64,000 nt of DNA, taken from positions 416,001 through 480,000 of the forward strand of contig OZ223300.1 in the NCBI GenBank assembly GCA_965140705.1, given 5' to 3'. Below, in pieces: positions 30,965-40,423 of this stretch (the first letter of the stretch is position 1; each line of letters opens with the position of its first letter). A model generated the notes under the pieces. It was not told where the DNA came from and did no database searches. It worked only from the letters and a program-made list of their open reading frames with translations. Source of the DNA: an uncultured Arcobacter sp. (lineage in GTDB: Bacteria; Campylobacterota; Campylobacteria; Campylobacterales; Arcobacteraceae). The position numbers and the translations under genes were made by a program.

Positions 30965-32218
30965 ATGGATGAAAATTTACAAAAAGAGTTAGATAAATAC
31001 AAAAATAAGAAATCAAAGAAAAGAACTATTTTTATACTACTTATTTCTTTATTTATTATTGGGGGAGTTTGTTATTATTATTTTATCGCTAATAAAGATC
31101 AACAAAAAGAAGTTCATTATAATACTTCAAAAATCAAAAAGGGTGATTTAGAAGTTTTAGTTTCAGCTACAGGAAATCTAAAACCAACTAATAGTGTTGA
31201 TATAGGAATTGAAGTTTCAGGAACTATAAAAAATATATATGTAGATTTTAATGATGAAGTAAAAGTTGGGCAAGTATTGGCAAAGCTTGATACTACAAAA
31301 TTACAAGCACAAGTAGATAGTTCAAAGGCCTCATTAACCATTGCAAAAGCAAATCTAAAAGAAAATGAAGTAAATGTTAAAAGTAAAAAATTAACTTATA
31401 CAAGAACATTAAAAATGTATAAACAATCAAATGGAAAATATCCTTCAAAAAATGTGCTTGATGAAGCAAAATTTAATTATGAAAGTGCCCTTTCAGCTTA
31501 TGATTCAATGAAAGCAAGAGTAACACAAGCAGAGTTTAATCTAAAAACAGATGAACAAAATCTTGATAAAGCAGTTGTAAAATCTTCTATAAATGGAATA
31601 GTATTAAATAGAGCTGTAGAAGTAGGACAAACAGTTGCTGCCTCTATGTCAACTCCTGTATTATTTACACTTGCAAAAGATTTATCAAAAATGGATTTAG
31701 TGGTTAGTATAGATGAAGCAGATGTTGCAAATATAAAAAAGGGTTTAAAAGTAACCTTTACAGTGGATGCTTATCCTAAAGAGACATTTAAAGGTACAAT
31801 AAAACAAGTTAGATTAAATCCTATAGAAGTAAATGGAGTGGTTACTTATGAAACTGTAGTACTTGTGGACAATCAAAAATTACTTTTAAGACCAGGAATG
31901 ACAGCTAGTGCAGAAATTATTACAAAAGAATCAAAGGATAAATTACTTGTACCAAATAGTGCATTAAGATTCAAACCAATGATTATAAATAAAAATTCAA
32001 AAGTAAGTTTAGTAGGTCCTAAGCGACCTATGAAGAAAAGAGAAGCAAAAGATGTAAATAAAAAAGAGTTTGGAATAGTTTGGGTATTAAAAGATAATAA
32101 ACCACAAAAATTAAGAGTAAAAGTATTAGATACAAATGGTACCCTAACAAGTGTTGAATCAAATGAGTTAAAAGTTGGCGATGAAGTAATTGTTTCTCAA
32201 AGTAGTGATAATGAATGA
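30965..32218 (+). CDS. MacA-like membrane fusion protein
   Basis: N-terminal TM; VSATGNL, EVSGTI, VEVGQTVAAS, DEADV, LRPGMTA. Confidence 0.92.
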   Translation: MDENLQKELDKYKNKKSKKRTIFILLISLFIIGGVCYYYFIANKDQQKEVHYNTSKIKKGDLEVLVSATGNLKPTNSVDIGIEVSGTIKNIYVDFNDEVKVGQVLAKLDTTKLQAQVDSSKASLTIAKANLKENEVNVKSKKLTYTRTLKMYKQSNGKYPSKNVLDEAKFNYESALSAYDSMKARVTQAEFNLKTDEQNLDKAVVKSSINGIVLNRAVEVGQTVAASMSTPVLFTLAKDLSKMDLVVSIDEADVANIKKGLKVTFTVDAYPKETFKGTIKQVRLNPIEVNGVVTYETVVLVDNQKLLLRPGMTASAEIITKESKDKLLVPNSALRFKPMIINKNSKVSLVGPKRPMKKREAKDVNKKEFGIVWVLKDNKPQKLRVKVLDTNGTLTSVESNELKVGDEVIVSQSSDNE

Positions 32219-32915
32219 TAATGAAGTAATAATTGAGTTTAAAAATATAGTTAAAACCTATGGAAAAGGGGAAGCTAAAACCTATGCTCTAAATGGAATA
32301 AATCTTGCCATAAAAAAAGGAGAGTTTATTTCAATTATGGGTTCAAGTGGAAGTGGAAAATCCACATCTATGAATATAATAGGATGTTTGGATTCTCCAA
32401 GTAGTGGGGAATATTTATTTAATAATATAAACGTAGAAAAACTAAATCGAAATCAATTGGCATTGATACGAAAAAATTATATTGGTTTTGTTTTTCAAGG
32501 TTTTAATTTACTTGGAAGAACAAGTGCTTTAGAGAATGTTGAGTTACCTTTAATATATAGAAAAGTCCCTTCTAAACAAAGAAAAGAATTAGCAATGAAT
32601 GCTCTAAAAAAAGTAGGTTTAGAAAGTGTTTCTCACCATGCACCATCACAACTTTCAGGTGGACAACAACAACGTGTTGCCATTGCACGGGCTTTAGTAT
32701 CAGACCCTTTGATACTTTTAGCAGATGAACCAACTGGAAATTTAGATAGTATAAAAAGTGTTGAGATTTTAAATTTGTTAAAACAGTTAAATGAAGAATT
32801 AAATATTACAATTATTATGGTAACCCATGAAGAAGAGATGGCAGCATATTCAAATAGAATAATTTATTTTAGAGATGGGCATATTGATGATAGTTTGAAA
32901 AGAGGATTTAAATAA
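32211..32915 (+). CDS. MacB/LolD-type ABC ATPase
   Basis: [36 protein letters not shown] 32211 preferred over TTG 32190. Confidence 0.93.
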   Translation: MNDNEVIIEFKNIVKTYGKGEAKTYALNGINLAIKKGEFISIMGSSGSGKSTSMNIIGCLDSPSSGEYLFNNINVEKLNRNQLALIRKNYIGFVFQGFNLLGRTSALENVELPLIYRKVPSKQRKELAMNALKKVGLESVSHHAPSQLSGGQQQRVAIARALVSDPLILLADEPTGNLDSIKSVEILNLLKQLNEELNITIIMVTHEEEMAAYSNRIIYFRDGHIDDSLKRGFK

Positions 32916-34126
32916 TGTTATTAAAAGCCTTTTTAATTGCTATAAAAGAGATAAGAAGAAATATTTTGCGTTCTATTTTAACTGTCTTAGGAATAGTAAT
33001 AGGGGTTGCTTCTGTTATTGGTATGGTGATGCTTGGAGATGGAACAACAGCTAGTGTAAAAGCAAACATAGAAAAGCTTGGAACAAATATGTTAATACTT
33101 CGAGTAGGACAAGAGCGAAGAGGGGGACCACGAACTGACAACAGTGCAAAACCTTTTAAGCTTACTGATGTAACTGCCATAAAAAATCAAGTAGATAATC
33201 TAAAAGCAGTGGCACCTGATAATAGTACAGGGGTCAATTTAATTTATTTAAATAAAAGTTATACCTCAAGTGTGGTTGGGACAAATAATGATTATTTTGT
33301 TATAAAAGATTGGAAATTAAAAGATGGAAGATATTTTGATGAGAGTGAATTAAATAGTGGAAAGTCATCTTGTATTTTGGGTACAACTATTGTAAAACAA
33401 CTTTTTGGAGATGAAAATCCTGTAGGTGCAAAAATTAGATTAAAAAGCTTTTCTTGTAATGTTATTGGAGTTTTAGAGTCAAAAGGTGCCTCAACTTTTG
33501 GACAGGATCAAGATGAGATAGTTGTGGTTCCTATACGAATGCTACAAAGAAAGATACAAGGAAATAAAGATGTAAAATCCATAGTTATTTCTGTAAATTC
33601 AAATAAGAATATAAAAAGAGCTAAAGAAGATATAAAACTTTTAATGCAAGATAGAAGAGCTATAAAAGTAGGTGAAAGTGATAACTTTTATATAAGAGAT
33701 ATGGAAGACTTACTCTCATCTATGACTTCAACTACAAAGATGCTTACTTATTTATTGGGCTCAATAGCAGCAATTAGTCTGCTTGTTGGAGGTATTGGTA
33801 TTATGAATATTATGCTTGTATCTGTAACTGAGCGAACAAAAGAGATAGGTATTAGACTTGCAATTGGTGCAATGGAGAGTGAAGTTTTACTTCAATTCTT
33901 AGTTGAAGCCATAGTTTTATCTACACTTGGTGGAATTATTGGGATAATTTTAGGTATTAGTATAGGTTATATTGGTGTTTCATCTTTTGACTTACCCTTT
34001 ATAATAAATGAAAAAATAATCCTAATTGCCTTTTTCTTTTCTACTCTTATAGGAGTTGTCTTTGGATATTTCCCCGCAAGAAAAGCTGCAAGGCTTAACC
34101 CTATTGATGCATTAAGATATGAATAA
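32915..34126 (+). CDS. MacB/FtsX-type ABC permease
   Basis: RSILTVLGIVIGVASVI, GGIGIMNIMLVSVTERTKEIGIR, PARKAARLNPIDALRYE. Confidence 0.95.
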   Translation: MLLKAFLIAIKEIRRNILRSILTVLGIVIGVASVIGMVMLGDGTTASVKANIEKLGTNMLILRVGQERRGGPRTDNSAKPFKLTDVTAIKNQVDNLKAVAPDNSTGVNLIYLNKSYTSSVVGTNNDYFVIKDWKLKDGRYFDESELNSGKSSCILGTTIVKQLFGDENPVGAKIRLKSFSCNVIGVLESKGASTFGQDQDEIVVVPIRMLQRKIQGNKDVKSIVISVNSNKNIKRAKEDIKLLMQDRRAIKVGESDNFYIRDMEDLLSSMTSTTKMLTYLLGSIAAISLLVGGIGIMNIMLVSVTERTKEIGIRLAIGAMESEVLLQFLVEAIVLSTLGGIIGIILGISIGYIGVSSFDLPFIINEKIILIAFFFSTLIGVVFGYFPARKAARLNPIDALRYE

Positions 34127-34136
34127 TAAATAATTA

Positions 34137-34151
34137 TAATAACGATTATCA
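34137..34151. promoter_or_regulatory. Fur box upstream of hemP-fiu
   Basis: TAATAAC-G-ATTATCA, two mismatches to TGATAAT-N-ATTATCA; extended -10 TGtTAATAT at 34179-34187. Confidence 0.65.
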
Positions 34152-34240
34152 GTTTTAATAAGTAATTAAGCTTAGCTCTGTTAATATCCCATTAATTTTT
34201 AGTTAACTATATTAGCTAAATATAAAAATGAGGTATTAAT

Positions 34241-34375
34241 GTGAGTGAGAATAAAGATAAAAAAATTGAATCAAAAGAGATTTTTAAAGATGGTAAATCA
34301 ATCAAAATTTTGCATGATGGACAATCTTATTATCTAAAAATCACAAAATCAAATAAATTAATACTCACAAAATAA
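34241..34375 (+). CDS. hemP: HemP/HmuP-family small protein (44 aa), missed by the ORF track
   Basis: GAGG RBS, GTG start; MSENKDKKIESKEIFKDGKSIKILHDGQSYYLKITKSNKLILTK with hallmark C-terminal KLILTK. Confidence 0.92.
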   Translation: MSENKDKKIESKEIFKDGKSIKILHDGQSYYLKITKSNKLILTK

Positions 34376-34382
34376 ACTAATC

Positions 34383-34418
34383 TAGCCAGCAAAAGTAATT
34401 TTTTTACACATAGCCAGC
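34383..34418 (+). repeat. Direct repeat TAGCCAGC x2 in the receptor leader
   Basis: Copies at 34383 and 34411; GC-rich in an AT-rich spacer. Confidence 0.7.
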
Positions 34419-34490
34419 CAAAAATCAAATTAAATCTTTTTAAATAGTAAATTTTTTCTATTTAAGACTTTTATTTCTTGGAGGAAATGA

Positions 34491-36773
34491 GTGAAAAAAC
34501 ATATTGTAAGTAAAAAACATAAAACAACAAATTATTTAGGCGCATCAGTTGTAACGGCTAGTGTCTTATTATCAAGTCCAATTAGTCTAAATGCTGATTC
34601 TAGTTCGTCAAAATCTACAGTTTTACCTATTAATGTAGTAGGAACAAAAGAAAAAGAACAAAACTATACTAATAGTTATAAAGTAGATAGATCTTCATCT
34701 TCAAAGATTACACAGGATTTATTAGACACTCCCCAAACAATAAGTGTGGTGACTGAAAAAGTTTTAAAAGAACAACAAGCGACAACGCTTCAAGAGGCTT
34801 TACGAAATACTCCTGGTATTACTTTAAACTTAGGTGAAAATGGTAATACTGATCAAAAGAATAATATTATGATGAGAGGTTTTGATAGCCAATCAAGTAT
34901 TTATAAAGATGGGGTAAGAGATAGTTCAAATGCAGTTAAGGATATGTATAATACTGAAGCAGTAGAGATTACAAAAGGGGCAGTTGGAGCTGATAATGGA
35001 AGAGGTGTTTCCTCTGGGTATATTAATCAAGTAACTAAAAAAGCTAAAAATAAAGATGCAGCTGAAATAAATTTAGGTTACAGTACAGGGAAAAATGGAA
35101 GAGTTACAACTGATATTAATAAAAAGCTAAATGAAACTACTGGTTTAAGAATAAACCTATTAAAACAAAAAGGTGATGTAGTAGGAAGAGATGTTGTAGA
35201 AATAGATAGAACAGGAATAGCCGCTTCATTGGGGTTTGGAATTGGTACAAACACAAGAACTACAATTAATTATGAAAGATTTAAACAGGATGATATTCCA
35301 GATGGTGGAATTCCAACAATAGGTTTAGATAGTGTTCATATTTCAGCCTTAGAAGCTGCTGGAATTTCTCCAAGTGAAGTAGATAGGAAAAACTATTATG
35401 GAAGTGATTCTGATTTTGAAAAAGCAACATCAGATGTATATAGTTTAGATTTTGAACATGACTTTTCAACAACTACAACATTAAGTAATATCACGAAATA
35501 TACGAAAACAAAACAAGAAATGATAATAAGTGCTTTATTATCTCCTACTATTACAAATGTAAATGATCCTAGTACTTGGACTATAAATAGACTTTCTAAT
35601 CAAAAATGGGAAGAAAATGAAGTTTTAGTAAATAAAACGAATCTTATAACAAGTTTTGAAACAGGTTCTATTGGACATAGTTTAAGTACAGGGTTAGAGT
35701 ATATAAAAGAAAAAAAGAGATCAAAGGCTTATAAAAATGCTGGAGATAGGAAGGATATAAATATATATAATCCAAGTAACTCTGTTACTGGAAGAGATTT
35801 ATCGATGAATCCTAAAAATATTGTAGGTGAAGTGGAAACTGTGGGTATATATTTATTTGATTCTATTTCTTTAAGTGACAAATTTATGCTTATAGGTGGA
35901 GGAAGACTTGATAGATATGAATTAAAACAATCAGGAACAAATGTTACTACTCCAAGAGGAGGAGGGGCTGCAACAATTTCGCAAGTTAATGAAAAAGATA
36001 GTGGTACTTTAAAGAGTTGGAAATTAGGTCTTGTATATAAACCACTAGAAAATGGAAGTATATATATATCACATGCCACTTCACAATTACAACCAGGTGG
36101 AAATACATTAGCTTTTAGAGCAGACTCAACAAGAGGACCTAGTCAATCTGATCCAAATAAAGATCCAGAAGAATCAACAACAAGTGAATTAGGTACAAAA
36201 TGGGATTTTTTAGATAATAGATTATCTTTAACAGCAGCTATCTATAGAACTTTAGTAAAAAATCAAGTAACTACTGAATCTGATGGAACATACACCCAAG
36301 AAGGTGAAAAAGAGGTTAAAGGTATTGAATTAGGAGTTGTAGGTCAAATTACTGATAAATTTTCAATTAGTGCAGGATTTGCTAAAGATAAAACAGATGT
36401 AAAAAGTAAAGGAGCTAGTGATGATGGTGCTGCTTTAAGATTTACACCTGATTGGAGTGCAACCTTATGGAGTACTTATAATTTTACTCCAGCTTTTACT
36501 GTAGGATTGGGTGCTACATATATGGGTAAACAAAAAGTTTCATCATCTAAATCAGGGCAAGATACTCCTATAAATGGAAGACTAACTGAAATTGATGATT
36601 TCTTAGTATTTAATACAATGGCTTCATACAAAATAGATAAACATTCATCTTTGCAGTTAAATGTTTATAATATTGCAGATGAAGAGTATGTGGCAAATAC
36701 TAATAAAGATGGATTTAGATATACCCCAGGGGCTGCGAGATCAGCTTTATTAACTTATAGTTATAAATTTTAA
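34491..36773 (+). CDS. fiu: TonB-dependent catecholate-type siderophore receptor (Fiu/PiuA-like)
   Basis: DLLDTPQTISVV, LQEALRNTPGIT, IYKDGVRD, LQLNVYNIADEEY, RYTPGAAR, terminal F; followed by ybiX. Confidence 0.85.
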   Translation: MKKHIVSKKHKTTNYLGASVVTASVLLSSPISLNADSSSSKSTVLPINVVGTKEKEQNYTNSYKVDRSSSSKITQDLLDTPQTISVVTEKVLKEQQATTLQEALRNTPGITLNLGENGNTDQKNNIMMRGFDSQSSIYKDGVRDSSNAVKDMYNTEAVEITKGAVGADNGRGVSSGYINQVTKKAKNKDAAEINLGYSTGKNGRVTTDINKKLNETTGLRINLLKQKGDVVGRDVVEIDRTGIAASLGFGIGTNTRTTINYERFKQDDIPDGGIPTIGLDSVHISALEAAGISPSEVDRKNYYGSDSDFEKATSDVYSLDFEHDFSTTTTLSNITKYTKTKQEMIISALLSPTITNVNDPSTWTINRLSNQKWEENEVLVNKTNLITSFETGSIGHSLSTGLEYIKEKKRSKAYKNAGDRKDINIYNPSNSVTGRDLSMNPKNIVGEVETVGIYLFDSISLSDKFMLIGGGRLDRYELKQSGTNVTTPRGGGAATISQVNEKDSGTLKSWKLGLVYKPLENGSIYISHATSQLQPGGNTLAFRADSTRGPSQSDPNKDPEESTTSELGTKWDFLDNRLSLTAAIYRTLVKNQVTTESDGTYTQEGEKEVKGIELGVVGQITDKFSISAGFAKDKTDVKSKGASDDGAALRFTPDWSATLWSTYNFTPAFTVGLGATYMGKQKVSSSKSGQDTPINGRLTEIDDFLVFNTMASYKIDKHSSLQLNVYNIADEEYVANTNKDGFRYTPGAARSALLTYSYKF

Positions 36774-36780
36774 TCAAAAA

Positions 36781-36798
36781 TAGTCCCTTTGGGGACTA
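36781..36798 (+). terminator. Intercistronic hairpin between fiu and ybiX
   Basis: TAGTCCC-tttg-GGGACTA followed by a short T run. Confidence 0.6.
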
Positions 36799-36817
36799 CT
36801 TTACAAAAAGGAAAAAA

Positions 36818-37498
36818 ATGCTTTTACACATACCAAATGTATTAACAAAGGAACAAGTTTTTGAGTGCAGAAAACTCTTAGATGAAGCTACTTGGGTAGA
36901 TGGAAAATTAACAGCTGGAAGTCAAGCTGTTAATGTAAAAAGTAATCTACAACTTGCTGAAAATGATCCTTTGTTAAAACATTTAAGAGATATGATTACT
37001 TCAAGTTTAAAATCAAATCCACTTTTTGTATCAGCTGCTTTACCAAATCACATTATTTCACCTTTTATAAATAGATATGAAAACAGTGGTGAATATGGAA
37101 ACCATGTAGATAATTCAATTTTATATGATACTACTGTTGGTAAAAGTTTCCGTACTGATATCTCTAGTTCACTATTTTTTACAGATCCTGATGAGTATGA
37201 AGGTGGAGAGATGATTATAGAAGATACCTTTGGAACCCACGAAGTAAAACTTCCAGCTGGAGATTTATTACTTTATCCCTCAACAAGTTTACATAGGGTT
37301 GAGCCAGTCACTAAAGGTGTTCGAATGGTAAGTTTTATGTGGACTCAAAGTATGATTAGAAGTGCTTGGAAAAGAAGTATTTTATTTGAACTTGATAATA
37401 CAATTCAAAGTTTAAGGTCAAAATATGGAGAGACTAAAGAAGCTGTAGATTTATCAATTCATTATCATAAACTAATTCAAGAATGGGCGGAACTTTGA
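36818..37498 (+). CDS. ybiX: PKHD-type Fe(II)/2-oxoglutarate dioxygenase (YbiX/PiuC)
   Basis: YGNHVDN, RTDIS, EYEGGE, KLPAGD, YPSTSLHRVEPVTKGVR, WTQSMIR. Confidence 0.93.
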   Translation: MLLHIPNVLTKEQVFECRKLLDEATWVDGKLTAGSQAVNVKSNLQLAENDPLLKHLRDMITSSLKSNPLFVSAALPNHIISPFINRYENSGEYGNHVDNSILYDTTVGKSFRTDISSSLFFTDPDEYEGGEMIIEDTFGTHEVKLPAGDLLLYPSTSLHRVEPVTKGVRMVSFMWTQSMIRSAWKRSILFELDNTIQSLRSKYGETKEAVDLSIHYHKLIQEWAEL

Positions 37499-37499
37499 A

Positions 37500-38597
37500 T
37501 TGAATACAATAGAGCCAAAACTAGATTATATTCCAAATGAGATTGTTTGTGTTGATGATTATGAAAGCTTTGCAAAATCTAGAGTAGATACAAATGCTTG
37601 GGCTTATATTTCATCTGCTTCAGCAGATGAAATAACTTATAAAGCTAATAAGCAAGCATTTGATAAAATATCTCTTTTAAGCAGAACATTAGAAGATTTA
37701 AAAGGTGGGAACACAAAGTTAAGTTTATTTGGGCAAGAGTATGCACATCCTATTTTTTTAGCTCCTGTTGCTTATCAAAAATTAGTTCATATTGATGGTG
37801 AAATTGCAAGTGCCCAAGCTGCTAATGCCATGGAAGCCTGTATGATGTTAAGTGGCTTTTCAAGTACTTCTTTAGAAGAGATAAGTACCTATTCCAACTC
37901 ACCTTTATGGTTTCAATTATATATGCAAATAGATATGAATGATAATTTATTTCTAATAAAAAAAGCTGAAAGCTTAGGTTATAAGGCACTAGTGATTACA
38001 ATAGATGCTCCAATTGCAGGAATTAGAAATAAAGAACAAAAAGCAGGCTTTGCCTTACCTTCTCATATAGAAGCTGTAAATTTACGAGGAATGAAGCAGT
38101 TAGATTTAGATTTGAAAGAAGTTCAAAGTACTATTTTTGATGGGATTATGGTACATTCCCCTACTTGGGAAGATATTAAGTTTATAAAAGAAAATACAAA
38201 GTTACCAGTTATTTTAAAAGGTATTACACATCCATCATATGCAAAAAAAGCAGTTGAGCTTGGGATTGATGGTATTATTGTTTCAAATCATGGGGGAAGA
38301 ATTTTAGATACTCTTGTTTCTACAATTGATATTTTACCAAAGATTGTAGAGGTAGTTGATGGGGAAATCCCAGTTTTATTAGATGGAGGAATTAGAAGGG
38401 GAACTGATATAATAAAAGCTCTTGCTTTTGGAGCAAGTGCTGTTTTAATCGGCAGACCAATTATGTTCGCTCTTGCTACATCAGGAGCTTTAGGTGTAGC
38501 ACATATTTTAAAAATACTAAAAGATGAGTTAGAAGTTTCTATGGCACTTACAGGGTGTAAAACCCTTAAAGATATTACAAAAGAGATTTTATATTAG
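37500..38597 (+). CDS. FMN-dependent alpha-hydroxy acid oxidase/dehydrogenase
   Basis: WFQLY, TIDAP, ILKG, SNHGGR, DGGIRRGTD, IGRP. Confidence 0.93.
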   Translation: MNTIEPKLDYIPNEIVCVDDYESFAKSRVDTNAWAYISSASADEITYKANKQAFDKISLLSRTLEDLKGGNTKLSLFGQEYAHPIFLAPVAYQKLVHIDGEIASAQAANAMEACMMLSGFSSTSLEEISTYSNSPLWFQLYMQIDMNDNLFLIKKAESLGYKALVITIDAPIAGIRNKEQKAGFALPSHIEAVNLRGMKQLDLDLKEVQSTIFDGIMVHSPTWEDIKFIKENTKLPVILKGITHPSYAKKAVELGIDGIIVSNHGGRILDTLVSTIDILPKIVEVVDGEIPVLLDGGIRRGTDIIKALAFGASAVLIGRPIMFALATSGALGVAHILKILKDELEVSMALTGCKTLKDITKEILY

Positions 38598-38610
38598 AAA
38601 AAGGACTTAA

Positions 38611-39741
38611 ATGCATAAAAAATTTTTGTTTAAAGTACATATGATTTTAGGCTTGACAGCTGGAGTTATTTTATTAATTATGGGAATAACAGGAGCAATG
38701 CTATCTTATCAAAAAGAGATATTAAAATATATAAATAAAGATAGTTTTATAGTAGAAGTTCCAAGTACAAAAAGATTATCTGCAAAAGAGATATTAGAAA
38801 AATTTGAGCAAAAATTTCCAGATGCTAAAATAAATGCATTTATTTTTTCTAGTAGTGCAAATAGATCTGTAGTTATTAATGTAAAAGCTAATGGTGAAGG
38901 AAAACAAGCAAGAAGGGGAATAAATTATTATATTAATCCCTATACATCAGAAGTTTTACCAAGCACACAAGGCTATACATTTTTTAAACTTATTGAAAGA
39001 ATTCATAGGGGATTGATAATTGGAGAAGTTGGAAAACAAATAAGTGGAATCTGTACTTTTGCTCTATTAATACTTATGTTTAGTGGAATATATGTCTACT
39101 GGAAAAGAGTAAAAAATTCATTTTTCAAAAGTTTTACCTTTAGTTTTAAGGATAAAAAAAGAGCATTTTTATCAAATATACATTTTGCAATTGGAATGTG
39201 GGTAATACCATTTTATTTGTTATTATGTATTACAGGTGTTACTATGACATATGATTGGGTAAAAGATGGCTTATATAAAGTTTCAGGGGTTGAAAAACCT
39301 ATACGACAAAAAAGAATGCCAACACCAAAAAATAAAAAAGGTGAAGTTACAGCTTCTATATCAAATGGTGATGTAGAAAAAATAGTTCAACTATTTAATA
39401 AGAATGTCAAAGAGTATGAAAATGCTACTTTACAAATTGGCAAAAAAAGTGATGTAGTAAAAATAAGTTATTTTGCAAAAAATGCAATTCATGATAGGGC
39501 AAGAAGTGAGATAACATTAGATACAAAAACAAATAAAGTCATAAAAAATGATAAATTTGAAGATAAAGCTTTAAATGATAGATTAATGAGAAGTATTATT
39601 TCTCTTCATACAGGAGAATATTTTGGTCTTTTAGTTCAAGGAATATTAGGAATATCATCCCTAATGATGGTACTATTTACAATAACTGGTTTTATGATGT
39701 ATTTTAAAAGAAAAGAAAAAAAATCAGTCAAAAAAATATAA
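38611..39741 (+). CDS. PepSY-associated TM helix protein (PiuB/FoxB-like)
   Basis: HMILGL, INPYT, RIHRGL, NIHFAIG, SLHTGEYFG. Confidence 0.88.
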   Translation: MHKKFLFKVHMILGLTAGVILLIMGITGAMLSYQKEILKYINKDSFIVEVPSTKRLSAKEILEKFEQKFPDAKINAFIFSSSANRSVVINVKANGEGKQARRGINYYINPYTSEVLPSTQGYTFFKLIERIHRGLIIGEVGKQISGICTFALLILMFSGIYVYWKRVKNSFFKSFTFSFKDKKRAFLSNIHFAIGMWVIPFYLLLCITGVTMTYDWVKDGLYKVSGVEKPIRQKRMPTPKNKKGEVTASISNGDVEKIVQLFNKNVKEYENATLQIGKKSDVVKISYFAKNAIHDRARSEITLDTKTNKVIKNDKFEDKALNDRLMRSIISLHTGEYFGLLVQGILGISSLMMVLFTITGFMMYFKRKEKKSVKKI

Positions 39742-39746
39742 ATTTA

Positions 39747-39779
39747 TAAAAAGAAGTTGTTGGAAAACACTTCTTTTAT
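39747..39779. terminator. Probable bidirectional terminator
   Basis: AAAAGAAGT...ACTTCTTTT inverted repeat between convergent genes. Confidence 0.55.
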
Positions 39780-39781
39780 AT

Positions 39782-40243
39782 TCATTTCCTATATGAAAAA
39801 TATTCTTCATTAACTTTTTGAAAGTTACTGTTTCCAGTAATTGTAATATCTTGAGAATTATTTGACGAAATAATATTAGCAGGAGTTAAAGAGTATCTTA
39901 AATAATATGTTTTATTTTTTTCAATATTTATTTTAACTTTACCATCTTCCAAACCTGGCATAAATAAAATTGAATCCTTTACCGTAAAAATATGTTCTCC
40001 TGGAATAACTTTAATTACTAGTTCTTGACCTGTGCCTAATTTTCCTATATATTTTTCATCAATATAAAAAAATGGTTTTTCTGGATTGAACATATGAAAT
40101 GATGAATTTGTTCTATAAATATATACTGTGGCTAATTCTGTATTTTTTATCGAACTTGGTATTTGATAAGTGTTATTTTTACTGCAACTTGATAATAAAA
40201 TTACACTAAAAAATAGTAAAAAGTTTAATAAGACTTTTTTCAT
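39782..40243 (-). CDS. Lipoprotein, DUF2846-like
   Basis: Lipobox LSSC; ATVYIYR, VIPGEH, KTYYLR. Confidence 0.75.
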   Translation of the reverse strand: MKKVLLNFLLFFSVILLSSCSKNNTYQIPSSIKNTELATVYIYRTNSSFHMFNPEKPFFYIDEKYIGKLGTGQELVIKVIPGEHIFTVKDSILFMPGLEDGKVKINIEKNKTYYLRYSLTPANIISSNNSQDITITGNSNFQKVNEEYFSYRK

Positions 40244-40358
40244 GGTTTTCCTTTTTATAAATTGTAATTATTTTACAATAGGTATATTTTAATTTTAATG
40301 ATAAATAGTATAAATTTTATAATTTAGAATAAAATAATTGGTATTTTCATATTAACAT

Positions 40359-40399
40359 ACAAAAAACACCTACTAATTAGCTATTTTTCTTAGTAATAT
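40359..40399 (+). promoter_or_regulatory. Conserved 19-bp motif + -10, photolyase promoter
   Basis: ACAAAAAACACCTACTAAT-N16-TAATAT. Confidence 0.75.
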
Positions 40400-40423
40400 A
40401 AATAAAAAACTAGGGAAATAGCT

